Shown: positions 1 through 11,869 of the stretch, piece after piece
Layout of the letters: each line of letters begins with the position of its first letter
Position numbering within the stretch: position 1 is the stretch's first letter
Source of the DNA: Octopus sinensis
Taxonomy: Eukaryota
NCBI RefSeq assembly: GCF_006345805.1
Contig: NC_043005.1
Coordinates: 5,766,001-5,830,000 of the forward strand
DNA length: 64,000 nt
Direction of reading: 5' to 3'
Made by a program: the position numbers and the translations under genes
Notes under the pieces: generated by a model
What the model saw: the letters and a program-made list of their open reading frames with translations, nothing else
Told to the model about the DNA's origin: nothing
The model's database searches: none

Positions 1-829
1 GAGTATTAGCCTTAAACCTTTGTTTTATTTAATACTACCGCCTGGCCCTTGATACTTTTCACATGATCATGTGACCAACCAGACTATTACATGTTGCTAC
101 ACATTGCTGGTCAAAATGCACTTTGCATCATTTGAAAGATACCACCCCACTGGCTAGGCATGCAGGCCAACATTCACCACTAATTGAAAGGGGAACTGGA
201 GCAATATGAAATGAGGTGTTTTGCTCAAGAACATAATGTGCTGCCTGATTTTGGCAGTATGTTGGGAATTGAACCTACAATCTAGCAATCATGACTACAA
301 CACCTTAACCACTAGGCCATGTACCTTTGCTGATGCTTTTAGTGAAGTCAAATCACACACACACACACACACACACACCTACTGCAGTATCACTTGGTTC
401 TTTTTCTTTGTCTTGTAAGTTACTCAGCAACCATGAGTGCTGGTGACATGAGAAAAGTACCCAGTACACACTGTAAAGCATTAGGAAAGCCACCCAGCCA
501 TAGAAACCATGCCTAGGTAGATACAGGAGCTCAATGTAATTTCACTGGTTTGGATTTTGTTAAACCATCTAATCCATACCAGTATGGAAGATGGATGTTA
601 CATGATGTTGATGAAGAACTCCATTATAAGTATCCTAACAGGTTTCTTGTCTGAAGATAACCTATAACTTTACTTTTTTCTTTTCTCCCCCAACCTCCTA
701 GTCTTGGAGGACTCTGCAAAATTTTAATATATCCTTTTTAACTTCTATGCCATTAAAATGTATAAAATAATTAAAAATGAATAATAATCTGGATGAGGTT
801 TATGATGATTCTCTTGCTTCTTTCTACAG

Positions 830-929
830 GTAGTTAGTGGTTCGGTTGGATGTTTACTTGCAATCAAACTGAAACCAATTCTTGAATGGCATGGAATGTT
901 CCTTCTCTCTGGTGGTATGGCAGCTGTTT
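830..929 (+). CDS. Penultimate coding exon of a multi-pass membrane protein, probably an MFS transporter (oxalate:formate antiporter/monocarboxylate-transporter-like); upstream exons lie outside the window
   Basis: Pyrimidine tract plus TACAG acceptor (827-829) and GTAAGT donor (930). 100 nt open frame VVSGSVGCLLAIKLKPILEWHGMFLLSGGMAAV, a hydrophobic helix-loop-helix like the C-terminal TM pair of MFS proteins. Family assignment is from resemblance only. Confidence 0.7.
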
Positions 930-2932
930 GTAAGTTTATCTATTCTCTATTGATTCTTTTAAACCTTACACACAAAGAAAGCTTTACAATCATTGCCATT
1001 TTAATTTCTTTTTCCCATGCCATCATGAAATTGAATGAGTCCACTGATTGAAATGTCACCATATGATATTGTATCATCTCATCTGTGAACACCTATCTTT
1101 GAAACCCAGTCTTTGGATATGAACAATGCACATATCCTTATAACACTGATTTTTGTTTTCTTCATCTTGGCATGTATGGATTGTTTCTATACACAACACT
1201 TTTCTATGTGTCTCAATATTTTATATAATCTCATTCAAAGATGTGCAAATCATATCATTATGAAAAAATACATACACATTATCATTATTGTGTTAATGTC
1301 CACTTTTCCATGCTTGTATGAGTCAAATGATGTTTATTGAGTTAACCCTCACATTTTCTATGAGAGATAACAATTCCCCATGGCCAGACATGTTTACACA
1401 GATATTAGAAATGAATGACAGGGATACTCATTTACAACAATTGTGTAGCATCAAGAGAAGTAAACTCACACACATTCTCATAAATGATTAGCTTTTTCAG
1501 TTTCTGTTTATGAAATGCACTCAAAATGCTTTGGTCAAGCTGGGACTATAGTAGATGACACTTGCCTAAGGTGCTGTGCAGTGAGACTGAACCCCAAACC
1601 ATGTGGTTGGGAAGCAAACTTCTTAGCCATTGTATTTTTTCTCTTTACTTGGTTCAGTCTGTTCAGCTGACGTCAGTTTCACTCTAATATCATGTTGACA
1701 ATTTGGAGAGATCCTATCGGTTTCCTCCAAATGAAGATTCCAAATGTCCAATGGAACTATGCTCCATATGTTATAGTGTAAAGTGGCTGAGTATTCCACA
1801 GACACTTGTAAACTTATTGCAGTCTTTCAGTGTACTCACTGCAAAGAGAGAGGATGGAACACTTTAGTAGTGTAACATAGGTTTTGACTGCTCTATGTGG
1901 TTTTTACACCCTATGCTATGCCACTCCAATAGTCCAGTCGTATAGCATGGGTTTTGTCTATTCTGTGCAGGAACCAACTTAACACCTACTTGCTTAAATG
2001 TAACATATTGTTGATCACAGCAAACATAAACTGGCTGTGCTGTGTGGTTCACATGCCACAAGCTATGCCAGTGGAATTCATTTTAAATTTAATGATGAAT
2101 ATATAACTTGTCTGGTAAATAGGATTGCCTACTGGATTATAGTGTGAGTGGTTGAGTATTCCACAGACATACAAGACTGGGTCCTTTCAATTACACCTTC
2201 TCTCCCAATTTCAAAGGTTTATGGTGACCTGTGTCTACTAGTAAAAATACACTTGCTGAAGGTGGCGCAATGGGAATTTTCTTTTTATACCTTTTAATCA
2301 AGAGAAAAGGTTGTATTCATGACTCTTCAAAGGCTAATGGAAGGGAGGGAAGAAGGAAGATATGAGTATGGAAATTTAGCCCAAATACTTACAACTCTGC
2401 TTAATGTGCCATGTGTTAAACTGGGTGAAGGATTACATATACCACCTAAGGGTTAAGTCTGATACCTTAGTTAAGCTTACCACTAAGAATGTGGAAATTT
2501 ATGATTAAAAAGTTAACTTCTTAACCTCTTTGCCATACACCCACATAATAGCAGAAAGAAATCTTGCAGTAAAAATGGCTTCCCCAGTTGCATGCAGATA
2601 ATCAAATCTGTAATAACCAGGTTACACTAAAGAACTAACCATTGCCCATGAATGAGATTGGCTTGGTAACATGTACATTGTTTTTGCTGGAAGAAGAGAG
2701 GTTCTCAAACTAGAAACCTGACCTGAAAGCTTGCAATAGAGTGGATTCTGCTAAAAGTACCGAAGTTGCCAGATGTTAGCAGAAGTTAAATCTATCAATC
2801 CTCATTATTGTTTTAACATCCACTTTTCCATGTTTGCATATGTTACACAGAATTCATTGAGCCAGATTTACTGCAGCAAGATATCCTTCCTGATACTAGC
2901 CCTCACTTTTCTGAGCAAGGAAATATTTCCCC

Positions 2933-3390
2933 ATGACATATAAGAGGTGCAGCAATATCAAAGAAAGGTTAACAGGGAAGATAGATTTTATGTGTGGAAG
3001 TTGCACTGGTATAATAAATACGAAAAACGTACAGAAAATACATTCCATTACATACCAGAGGAGAAAACTAGAAGTAGTTGATAGCTTCAGTTACCTAGGT
3101 GACCAAGTCAATAGCACGGGTGGATGCTCTGAGAGCATAGCTGCTAGAATAAGTTCAAAGAGCTCCTTTCTCTGTTGGTAACAAAGGGCTCTTGCTGAAT
3201 AAAAAGCAGACTGTATGATGCCTGTGTGCAAACAGCCATGCTACATGGCAGTGAAACATGAGCTATGACTGCTGAGGACATGTGTAGGCTTGTAAGAAAT
3301 GAAGCTAGTATGCTCCGCTGGATGAGTAATGTCAGTGTTCATGCATGACAGAGTATAAGTGCCCTGAGAGAAAAGTTGGATATAAGAAGC
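2933..3390 (+). mobile_element. RTE-clade LINE ORF2 3' fragment (degenerate) in the transporter intron
   Basis: Translates to KRCSNIK..KLEVVDSFSYLGDQV and, with frameshifts, LYDACVQTAMLHGSET. Similar to the copy at 6582-7390. Confidence 0.8.
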
Positions 3391-3404
3391 ATCAGATGTA
3401 TCAA

Positions 3405-3730
3405 TCTAATGCATTTCAATCTGTTTTAGGGTTGGGGGGGGGGTATCTTTTTTTTTTTCGCAAATGTAAATAAACCCAATCTGTTTCTTAAAGGAGGGAC
3501 ATATTCATACAGCATGGAATGTTGTTTACCTAAATGGACGTATTTGATTGGTTAAAATTGCCGAAATGCTCGATTTTAAAGTGGAAATATCTTACAAACT
3601 ATAGAATTTACTCAATAAAGCCAAGAAAAAAATGATGTTTTATAAACACATTCTACTAGTATACGAAGTTTAAAAGTGTTTAGTTAACTAGAAATTGTGT
3701 TGAAAACTGCCGTTCAAAAGGAAAAGATCC
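3405..3730 (+). mobile_element. Partial copy of the GG-ended MITE that is complete at 62661-63089
   Basis: Shares internal sequence (GCATTTCAAT..TAAATAAACCCAATCTGTTTCTTAAA..) and the right TIR (AAAACTGCCGTTCAAA.GGAAAAGATCC). Confidence 0.75.
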
Positions 3731-3876
3731 TAATTAAAATCTAAAAAAATATAAACATCTATTGGCCACAGAAACTCATGATATACTGAGGAGTCTGTGA
3801 TATAAATTTACTTATATTAGCCAGAAAAATCCGAGTGTGTGAAAGGTGAACCGCGATATGGCAAGGGATTACTGTG
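3731..3876 (-). mobile_element. Partial pogo/Tigger-like MITE (reverse copy of 59254-59452)
   Basis: Reverse-complement match to 59254-59400, including terminal CCGCGATATGGCAAGGGATTACTG. Confidence 0.7.
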
Positions 3877-4623
3877 TATATATAATCATGCAGTGGGACT
3901 GAATTTGAAACCACGTGGTTGAGAAACAAGATTCTTAATCACAGAGCTACGAAACACACATAACTCCATTGTGTATCTATTCATGATAGGGCACATATTT
4001 AATTGAAGTATGAGATAAAATGGTTGAAAAACACTTGTTTAAATCTATTGGAAGAGTAAGATGAAGGGATAGTGTATATGTTCCTTATCATAACATTCCT
4101 TTTACGATAGTAGCATGAGTTAGATAAATCTGTAGTATGGCATTTCATCATTAGTCTCCACACTTTATCGCTTCTATTATCAACGTTCATGCTATTTACA
4201 TTCAACATGCATTATCCTTTTGCACCCTTGCAGTTGTCTCCCTTGCATATGCAAGCTGCTGTCTTTAGCTCAATTAAATCCCTTGATACTTTACATCTTG
4301 TGTATTCTACTCACGTTATTTCTTTTCCGCCTTTATGATTTTTTTCCTAGGCTAATATCTGGGTGTCACTACCATGCAGCATTTTACCATCTTTCTTACA
4401 CGTTTTTGTCTCACAGTTTGCTTGTACAATATGCCTACAACTATCCATATATTATACTACCTAAATCTGCAAAGGCTTATTTCAAAAGGTGTCATCTGTT
4501 AACCATGATCCAAATTTTCTTGTGCCTGTCCTTACACTGAATAATTCTTTAAATTAATTCAGTGATATTCTGAAGTGTATTTATCTAAGTGTTACTACAT
4601 ATGTATTTTTTCTATTTGTTTAG

Positions 4624-4670
4624 GTATGGTGTTCACTCTAATGTACAATGAGAAATGCAAAGAGAAGTAA
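4624..4670 (+). CDS. Terminal coding exon of the same membrane protein (C-MVFTLMYNEKCKEK*)
   Basis: TTTGTTTAG acceptor (AG ends 4623). Phase 1 matches the 830-929 exon (T+GT=Cys), completes the last hydrophobic helix and ends at TAA 4668-4670. Confidence 0.7.
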
Positions 4671-5136
4671 AATTATCAGAAAATTCTCTCCTCATTCCAA
4701 TCATTCTCTAATATCTGCCAGTATGTTAAAATCTGGTATGCTCTATGTAACCTAATAATGGATTCCTCGTTAGGGTGATGTAATCATGTATTTTGAGATT
4801 ATTTAAAAACTGGACAAAAAATACCCTACCTAAGCAAAGGAAGAGAAAAATGGTGAAAATTAAAATTGTGACAATCTCCCATGATATTCATGAGATTATT
4901 AAAACATAAACAATTGAGAATGAAACTAGACGGTGCACAGAACAGGGATTAGTTAACACATAAGAGGCTGAGACGAATATAATGAAAAAATAAAATATCA
5001 TGACTAATTTAATCTTAAAGAAGTTTTAATTTTGTGGGGCTGTGATCAGATAACCAAAATTACAACTACAATTCAATATTGACTGATAAATCTAATTCCT
5101 GTGTTGGTTTCATCTTAGTTTATGAATTGTATGTAA

Positions 5137-5142
5137 AATAAA
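5137..5142 (+). terminator. Candidate polyadenylation signal (AATAAA) of the transporter gene
   Basis: AATAAA about 470 nt after the stop, followed by a T/GT-rich stretch (5150-5200). An alternative AATAAA sits at 4989-4994. Confidence 0.4.
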
Positions 5143-5613
5143 CTTCATTAAATTTATTTTTTGAGTTTCTCCAAAGTGTTTGTGGTTTATGGTGGTTTTG
5201 TTATTTATATTATTACAAATATTGATGACAGCATGATTATCTTCATTGGTAATCTTATACTGGGATAATACTTATTTAAAGGTTTCTAGTTCTGGGAGGC
5301 AGGTAAGAGACTTGCATGAGGTATCACATAGTGGGACTGAACCTGAAACCATGTGGTTGGGAAGCAAACCTTTTAACTCAAAAAGCTGTGCCTATGTGTA
5401 TGACAATAAAGACAATTACTTACCAAAAAAACCTAAGCAATAGTCTTACATATTTTTTTATAAATTTGTAGCTTTAAAATGGTTCTTTTAAATTTCCATA
5501 TAAGTGCTCAAGTAAATTTTCCTTTTTATTTGTGTTTATAATTGAGAACTACTGATCTATCTTTTTCATTGTATAATTGCATTGCTAATCAAAATACAAA
5601 TGTGAAAACTCAG

Positions 5614-5616
<3 letters not shown>

Positions 5617-5648
<32 letters not shown>

Positions 5649-5890
5649 TGTGTACAGTGCTCAGGTGCACTACAACTCATCTAAAGTGTATATATAATCA
5701 GGTGTAGTTTCGGCGGATTTCGGAAAGCATGAGGGCCTTAAAGGTTGCAGTGTCATGGCAGTCAACAACTGACGCAGGCAGTTTATTCCATGCTTCAGCA
5801 ACTCTGAGCGTGAAAAAATGTTTCCGAAAGTCATGGGAGCTGTGTTGTTTTCTGACTTTGTAGGCATGTCCACGTGTGTTAGACACATGG
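5617..5890 (-). mobile_element. 5'-truncated CR1/L2-group LINE 3' end with (TTA)n tail
   Basis: ORF 5698-5886 TRGHAYKVRK..RKHFFTLRVAEAWNKLPASVV..FK is the typical C-terminal motif of CR1-group ORF2. (AAT)n on the plus strand at 5617-5648 is the tail. Confidence 0.8.
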
Positions 5891-6027
5891 AGATCAAAAA
5901 GGTGTTCAGTGTTGTTGTTGGTGAGGTGGTTGATTCAAATTCAATTCATTTTGATATCTCAATCAATGTGTGTGGATGTGTTTGTGAGTAGGAGCAACTG
6001 AGAGGAAGATTTGTGTGTGTGTGTAAG

Positions 6028-6296
6028 CTAAAAACAGTGTGAAGCACATTGTAACCACCAATGTATAACATCCCATAGTCTGACTGATACTGTGACATAT
6101 ATACATATGTCTATAGGTACGGATTTGTCTGACAGAAAATGAAGGAGCAAGTCATCTGCTTTTCCATACTTTTGTGGGTATGACAGACTTCTTTCAGACA
6201 AATTTTCTGCAACCCAGATGCTGTTTCTATCAACAACCCTAACTTGTTTCGAAGTAAAGTAATATTTCCTCATGTAGGACATATTTTCATGAGAGA
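6028..6296 (-). CDS. Candidate terminal coding exon of an unannotated small gene (phase 1 acceptor, 88 full codons to TAG)
   Basis: Minus-strand acceptor TTCTTTGTTTCCAG ends at 6297. The frame SHENMSYMRKYY...LWDVIHWWLQCASHCF* is open. Phase-compatible with the AAG|GTAAGC donors at 9116 and 11414. No homology recognised. Confidence 0.3.
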
Positions 6297-6532
6297 CTGG
6301 AAACAAAGAACTCTGATTGTATGACTACAACACTTGTTTTTAGCTATCCTGTGACGTCAAGATATGGAAGCCCAAACACACATGCATTATGTATATATAG
6401 GCAATAGACTTCTTTCAGTTTCTGCTTACAAAATGCACTTACAAGGTTCTTGCCCAAAGTGCTACACAGTGACTAAGTTCCAAACCATATGGTTGGGAAG
6501 GAAACTTAACTGCACAATGATACCTGCACCTA

Positions 6533-6576
<44 letters not shown>

Positions 6577-6581
6577 GCTTT

Positions 6582-7390
6582 AGGTAGAAATAACTACAGG
6601 GGTATCAAACTACTGGATCAGGTGATGAAGGTCACAGAGAGGGTCATAGCCCAACTAATTAGGGAGAGAGTCTGCTTAGATGCAGTTCAGTTCTGTGCGA
6701 GGTAGAAGCACCACTGATGCTATATTGCTGGTATGGCAACTGCAGGAGAAATACCTAGCCAAAGATAAACCCCTATACTTGGCTTTTGTTGACTTGGAGA
6801 AAGCCTTTGACAGGGTTTCCCAATCCCTTATCTGGTGGGTGATGCAGAAACTGGGGATTGACGAGTGGTTAATAAGAGCTGTACAGGGATGCTGTTAGTA
6901 AGGTAAGGTTTGGTAATGTGTCCGGGTAGAAGTAGGGGTCGACCAAGGATCCGGAATCACTACCAGAATTAGAGAAGAAATTTCAGGTATGGAAGCAAAG
7001 TTTAGAATCAAAGGGACTTAGAGTCAATGCTGCAAAAACCAAAGTCCTCGTAAGTAGGAAGGCGTACACATCACAAACCCTTTCATGTAGATGGCCCTGC
7101 TCGATCTGTAGAAAAGGTGTAGGTAGAAACTTCATAAGATGTATCCAATGTAAACTATGGACACATAAGAGGTGCAGCAATATCAAAGGAAGGTTAACCG
7201 GGAAGATAGCTTTTGTGTGTGGCAGATGCACAGGGGCAATAAACACCGCAGATGCTCAGAAAACAGATTCCATCACATGCCAGGAGGAGAAATTAGAAGT
7301 AGTTGATAGCTTATGCTACCTAGATGACCAAGTCTGTAGTTGGGGTGGACTCAGAGAGCATTGCCACTAGAATAAGAATAGCCTGGGCTG
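6582..7390 (+). mobile_element. RTE-clade LINE reverse transcriptase fragment (frameshifted, internally deleted)
   Basis: NYRGIKLLDQVMKV, GRSTTDAI..QLQEKYLAKDKPLYLAFVDLEKAFDRV: conserved non-LTR RT motifs. Confidence 0.9.
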
Positions 7391-8899
7391 GTGTGAGAGT
7401 GATAGTAGGCATAGAGACAGTGAGGATGGTGGCAGAGAGAGAGGGAGAGAAAGATATTTAAGGAAAGTTGATGATGTGTTATTAAAAGTAGTAGTGCAAT
7501 GGGAGTAATAAAAGAGAGATAGAGAGTGGGTATGTGAGAGAAAGAGGGAGATGTACAACTTTCCTGGATAAATTCCTGTGGCCAGCATACTGTACCAACT
7601 ACTGAACGCTATCATTTTTGTTTTTTTTGCTTTCTTTAATAAATACATATATATGTGTGTGTGTACACATATACATACACACACACAGATATATATAAAA
7701 TACACTTCAAATGAAATACAGTTTTCCCCAAAATTAAACATGTCTCATATAATAAATGTGAATGTCAGTGTGTCACACTTTTCTTTATTCCTAAAGGCCG
7801 TAGCCCAACATAGACCAGTTTGAAATCAGGCTGACTCTGGGAGTAAATTAAAAACATTCTGGACTGAATCCGGACCAGCAATCCTGAAAATTTGGTTTCC
7901 TATGTTTTCATTAATGCGATTTTTTTTTTTCACATGATTTTTAGCAACGAATACAATCATCATTGGGATATGACTCTGGAGGAATCAATTGCAACAAATT
8001 CTCCAAAACAAGCCAGAGGTTTGTTTGCAGATCTTTCCAATTGGGGTTAGTTGCTTAAAAGCTACATACTAGCTTAAAAGCCACCCTATCAAGTGGCTTT
8101 TAAGCTAGTCCACACCAAAAATATGAGTAAGAGAAGCAGCAAAGTACAGAGAAAAGAGAGTTGGGGCAAGGATGTCACCCTGCTTGACACCATTCTCTAC
8201 AGGAATGGGTCCTGCCATGCCACCACCAACTTTGACCCAAACCTCCATCCCATCATGAAACACATTCAATAATTTAGTGCGAGTAAATGAGGCATTAAAT
8301 TTAATTCAACAACAGAAAAAAAAAGAAAGAAAGAATAACATATAATGGCGGTGCCCCAGCATGGCCACAGCTCAAGAGCTGAAACTGGAAAACATAACAT
8401 ATATTCTAAATGGGTTTTATAACCTAAAAATCAGAAATATTCAAATTCCTAAATATTTTCTTTTTATATTGTCGTAGGTTAAACAGAAATTATAAAGAAT
8501 ATTTTATCCTGTCTTCCAAATTCATGTTGGCAATGCAATAATATTAATTAGGACGAAATTATATACTTTTCTGTGTCGTTCAAAGGGTATAAAATATAAT
8601 CACCATATACACCTTCAAAAAGTTTCTTAAGCAAAATTTCATTTAAAAATACGAATTATTAAGGAAATTATCAAGAAATGAAATTGAGAGAATGGGTGCC
8701 CCAAACTGTAGTTACGCTTTTAATTATAAGACAAAGTATCAAACACTAAACTAAAACCTTCCCAGCTCGGTTAAACCAAATAATACCAGTTACTGGTTTA
8801 CGTAGTTAATATTGGAGTATTGAACTCAAAGATCGTCTTCGAAAATTGGCCGATTCATTTAGATTTTTTCCGGAACTAAATAACTATGACATAACACAT

Positions 8900-8993
8900 T
8901 GGACATTAATTACAATGGGCGGACAGGTGTCCTCACCTGTCCGTCCATTGTAATTAATGTACATAATTCCTTATATAAAAAATATAGAATAGT
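8900..8993. mobile_element. 94-bp hairpin-containing segment flanked by 9-bp direct repeats (possible MITE remnant)
   Basis: 27-bp stem (8903-8929/8934-8960, one G.T) with TCCT loop. ATAACACAT at 8891-8899 and 8994-9002. Absent from duplication copy 2. Confidence 0.55.
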
Positions 8994-9115
8994 ATAACAC
9001 ATCGGGTATCAATCTTTTTTAGCTTTATAGAGGAACACTAGAACATAAAAAAGAAAACATCATCCATCCACTTAAATGGTTTTACGGTTAAAAAATATCG
9101 AATACTATTGCTTAC

Positions 9116-9339
9116 CTTGTATTATTGTCATATATTTGCTTGTATATGCCAAAATAATGATGAAATAATTCAGTGTTGGTGACACTCAGACATCAAATAT
9201 AGATTTTTTTTCCTAAAGTTTTAAATAATTTTTCAATTCCGCGCTTCACCATTTCAAAAGGTCGGAGTCGATCACGTGATGTGTCGTCTGCTCTTTCCAG
9301 TTTGTTCAGAACCACGTGACAGTGTTGGACGCTCAGTCG
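9116..9339 (-). promoter_or_regulatory. Candidate promoter plus first exon, copy 1
   Basis: CpG-rich patch with two CACGTG E-boxes (TCACGTGA 9272-9279; CACGTG 9313-9318) next to a (CT)n tract. Consensus donor AAG|GTAAGC at 9116/9115; ATG ACA ATA ATA CAA G at 9131-9116. Confidence 0.45.
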
Positions 9340-9474
9340 GTCCCCCCTCTCTCTCTACTTCTCTTTCCATCCTCTCTCTCTCTCTCTCTCTCCCAGCGGA
9401 GTTAACCCTTCCTAACAATTTGCACAGCTGTAGTGTGTGCCGCCCCCGGAACCCCACGAAAAGCACATATTTCT

Positions 9475-9690
9475 GTATTACCCACAAGGGGCTAAACATA
9501 GAGGGGACAAACAAGGACAGACATAGGTATTAAGTCGATTACATCAACCCCAGTCCGTAACTGGTACTTAATTTATCGACCCCGAAAGGATGAAAGGCAA
9601 AGTCGACCTCGGCGGAATTTGAACTCAGAACGCAACGGCAGACGAAATACCGCAAAGCATTTCGCCCGGCGTGCTAACGTTTCTGCCAAC
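9475..9690 (-). mobile_element. tRNA-derived SINE, family B (central GCCTTTCATCCTTTCGGGGTCGATAAA domain)
   Basis: The reverse strand carries a tRNA-like A/B-box head (TGGCAGAA.CGTTAG, GAGTTCAAATTCC). Near-identical copies at 15921, 58700 and 63467. Confidence 0.85.
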
Positions 9691-10088
9691 TTACCGTCCC
9701 CACCCCCAATCAACTCCGCTAGACTGGTCACCCGACCTGCTAGAGATAATAACCAAATATCTCCCAAATCACTCCCTTAACCGTCTTAAAAACTCCAAGT
9801 GGTACATTGGATGACATAGTCTTAGATGCTCTGCCTGAAATAAAGACATGATGGTTATGGGGGATTGCGCTTTATTGTTCGTCTGTTAGTTCAAAGATCT
9901 CGCCATACTAATAACCTGTATGAGAGAAGACATTGTCCCCCCGTCTGCGTGACTACACGATACCCTGGAGACCAATTCCAACATTGCTGGCACATCGCTT
10001 GCCAAAACATTACACACTTTATTTTAAAAGTAAATAAGAGCATAAATAAAGTATTGAATTTAATTTCATAATAGAAAAAAAAAAAGAT

Positions 10089-10468
10089 GTGGCTGTGTGG
10101 TAAGTAGCTTGCTTACCAAACATATGGCTCCGGGTTCAGTCCCACTGCGTGGCATCTTGGGCAAGTGTCTTCTGCTATAGCCCCGGGCCGACCAAAGCCT
10201 TGTGAGTGGATTTGGTAGACGGAAACTGAAAGAAGCCTGTCGTATATATTTATATATATGTATGTGTCTGTGTTTGTCCCCCTAGCATTGCTTGACAACC
10301 AATGCTGGTGTGTTTACGTCCCCGTCACTTAGCGGTTCGGCAAAAGAGACCGATAGAATAAGTACTGGGCTTACAAAAGAATAAGTCCCGGGGTCGAGTT
10401 GCTCGATTAATGGCGGTGCTCCAGCATGGCCGCAGTCAAATGACTGAAACGAGTAAAAGAGTAAAAAG
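10089..10468 (+). mobile_element. tRNA-derived SINE, family A (GTGGCTGTGTGGTAAG head, internal (TA)n/(TG)n), full length
   Basis: A-box TGGCTGTGTGG, B-box-like GGTTCAGTCCC, tail CAGTCAAATGACTGAAAC-(GAGTAAAA)n. Many copies in the window. Confidence 0.9.
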
Positions 10469-10907
10469 TAAGAGCATAAATAAAGTATTGAATTTAATTT
10501 CATAATAGAAAAAAAAAAGATGGAAGAATAACAACATTTTAACTTATTATAACCTACAAATTGAAGATATTTAAAGTTTTAAATACTTGTGATTTACGTT
10601 GTCGGAAGTTAAACGGAAAAGAAAATATTTTATCGTGTCCTCCAATTTCAGATTGATAATGAAATGATATCAATCAGGACAATGCCATGGACATTTCTGT
10701 GTTGTTCGATGATTATTATCAAGTTATTAAAACAGCCAAAATAGTATTGTCTTTTTTTTCTTTCTGAGGAAAACAAAAAATCGATCAGAAATCGCATAAT
10801 TGTCGTGTTACACCGTCGAAATGTTTCCTCAGAAAAATTTTATTTCAAGATGCGATTTATTGAGGAAATTATCTGGAAACAAAGTGGAGAGAATTGGTGC
10901 CCCAGAC

Positions 10908-11095
10908 ATGGCCAAGTGGTTAGAACAGCGCGGTCGAGAGATGGCGGGTTCGAATCTCAGACTGGGCGATGTGTGTGTGTGTTTTATGAGCGAAATACCT
11001 AAGACCCACGCGGCTCCGGCAGAAGGTAATGGCGAACTTATGAAACCCGTCCTTATGCGCCAGGCATGGCTCGAGAAGGAACAGAAGAAAAAAAA
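10908..11095 (+). mobile_element. tRNA-derived SINE, family C head with A-tail, 5-bp TSD
   Basis: A-box TGGCCAAGTGG, B-box GGTTCGAATC, oligo-A tail. CAGAC at 10903-10907 and 11096-11100. Empty site in duplication copy 1. Confidence 0.8.
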
Positions 11096-11413
11096 CAGAC
11101 TGTAATTATGTTTTTAATTACAAGACAAAATATCAAACAATTAAAACCTTCCCTGAAAGGTTAAATCTAATAACACCAGTTACTTATAAACGTAGTTAAT
11201 TGGAGTATTAAATTCAAAGACCGTCTTTGACAATTGGTCTCTTCATTTAGATTTCTCCCGGAACTGAATAACTACGACATAACACACCGGTCGTCAATCA
11301 TTTTAGCTTTATGAAGAAACAGAAAAGAAAACATCATCCATCCACTTGACGCGGAGAAGTTTATTATATTTAAATGGTTTTACGGTTAAAAAATATCGAA
11401 TACTATTGCTTAC

Positions 11414-11637
11414 CTTGTATTATTGTCATATATTTGCTTGTATATGCCAAAATAATGATGAAATAATTCAGTGTTGGTGACACTCAGACATCAAATATAG
11501 ATTTTTTTTCCTAAAGTTTTAAATAATTTTTCAATTCCGCGCTTCACCATTTCAAAAGGTCGGAGTCGATCACGTGATGTGTCGTCTGCTCTTTCCAGTT
11601 TGTTCAGAACCACGTGACAGTGTTGGACGCTCAGTCG
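11414..11637 (-). promoter_or_regulatory. Candidate promoter plus first exon, copy 2
   Basis: Identical to 9116-9339: E-boxes at 11570-11577 and 11611-11616, donor at 11414/11413, ATG at 11429. Confidence 0.45.
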
Positions 11638-11869
11638 CTTCCCTCTTCCCCTTCCTCCCCTCTCTCTCTATCTATCTCCCTCTCTCTCTCTCTCTCCGCC
11701 ACCACTTCCACCATATTAGTCTAGATTGAGCGGAGTCGACTCTTTCTAGCAATCTGAAACCACAAGACGAAACTAGGAAGCTTTTATTTTATTGCTCGAT
11801 CTGCTGTAAATGGCAGGATATTTCTCTCAAATTTCTTCGTATCTCTCTCTCTCATATATATATATATAA

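Larger units (their letters stand above)
8400..9425. repeat. Tandem segmental duplication, copy 1
   Basis: Co-linear with 10530-11760. Flanks are roughly 70-75% similar by eye; the core 9072-9339 is identical to 11370-11637. Confidence 0.85.
10530..11760. repeat. Tandem segmental duplication, copy 2 (contains a SINE insertion at 10908-11095)
   Basis: Co-linear with 8400-9425; offset is 2298 bp in the identical core. Confidence 0.85.

Noticed and set aside
1623-2061. Two minus-strand ORFs (60 and 65 aa) in the transporter intron as further exons of the candidate small gene
   Set aside because: They overlap repeat fragments, and the one good acceptor (about 1840) leads to stops in all three frames before the ORF.
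10908-10975. tRNA gene (also the heads at about 12100-12156, 54530-54590 and 61450-61511)
   Set aside because: A and B boxes are present but there is no complete cloverleaf or acceptor stem, and the sequence continues into SINE bodies with TSDs.
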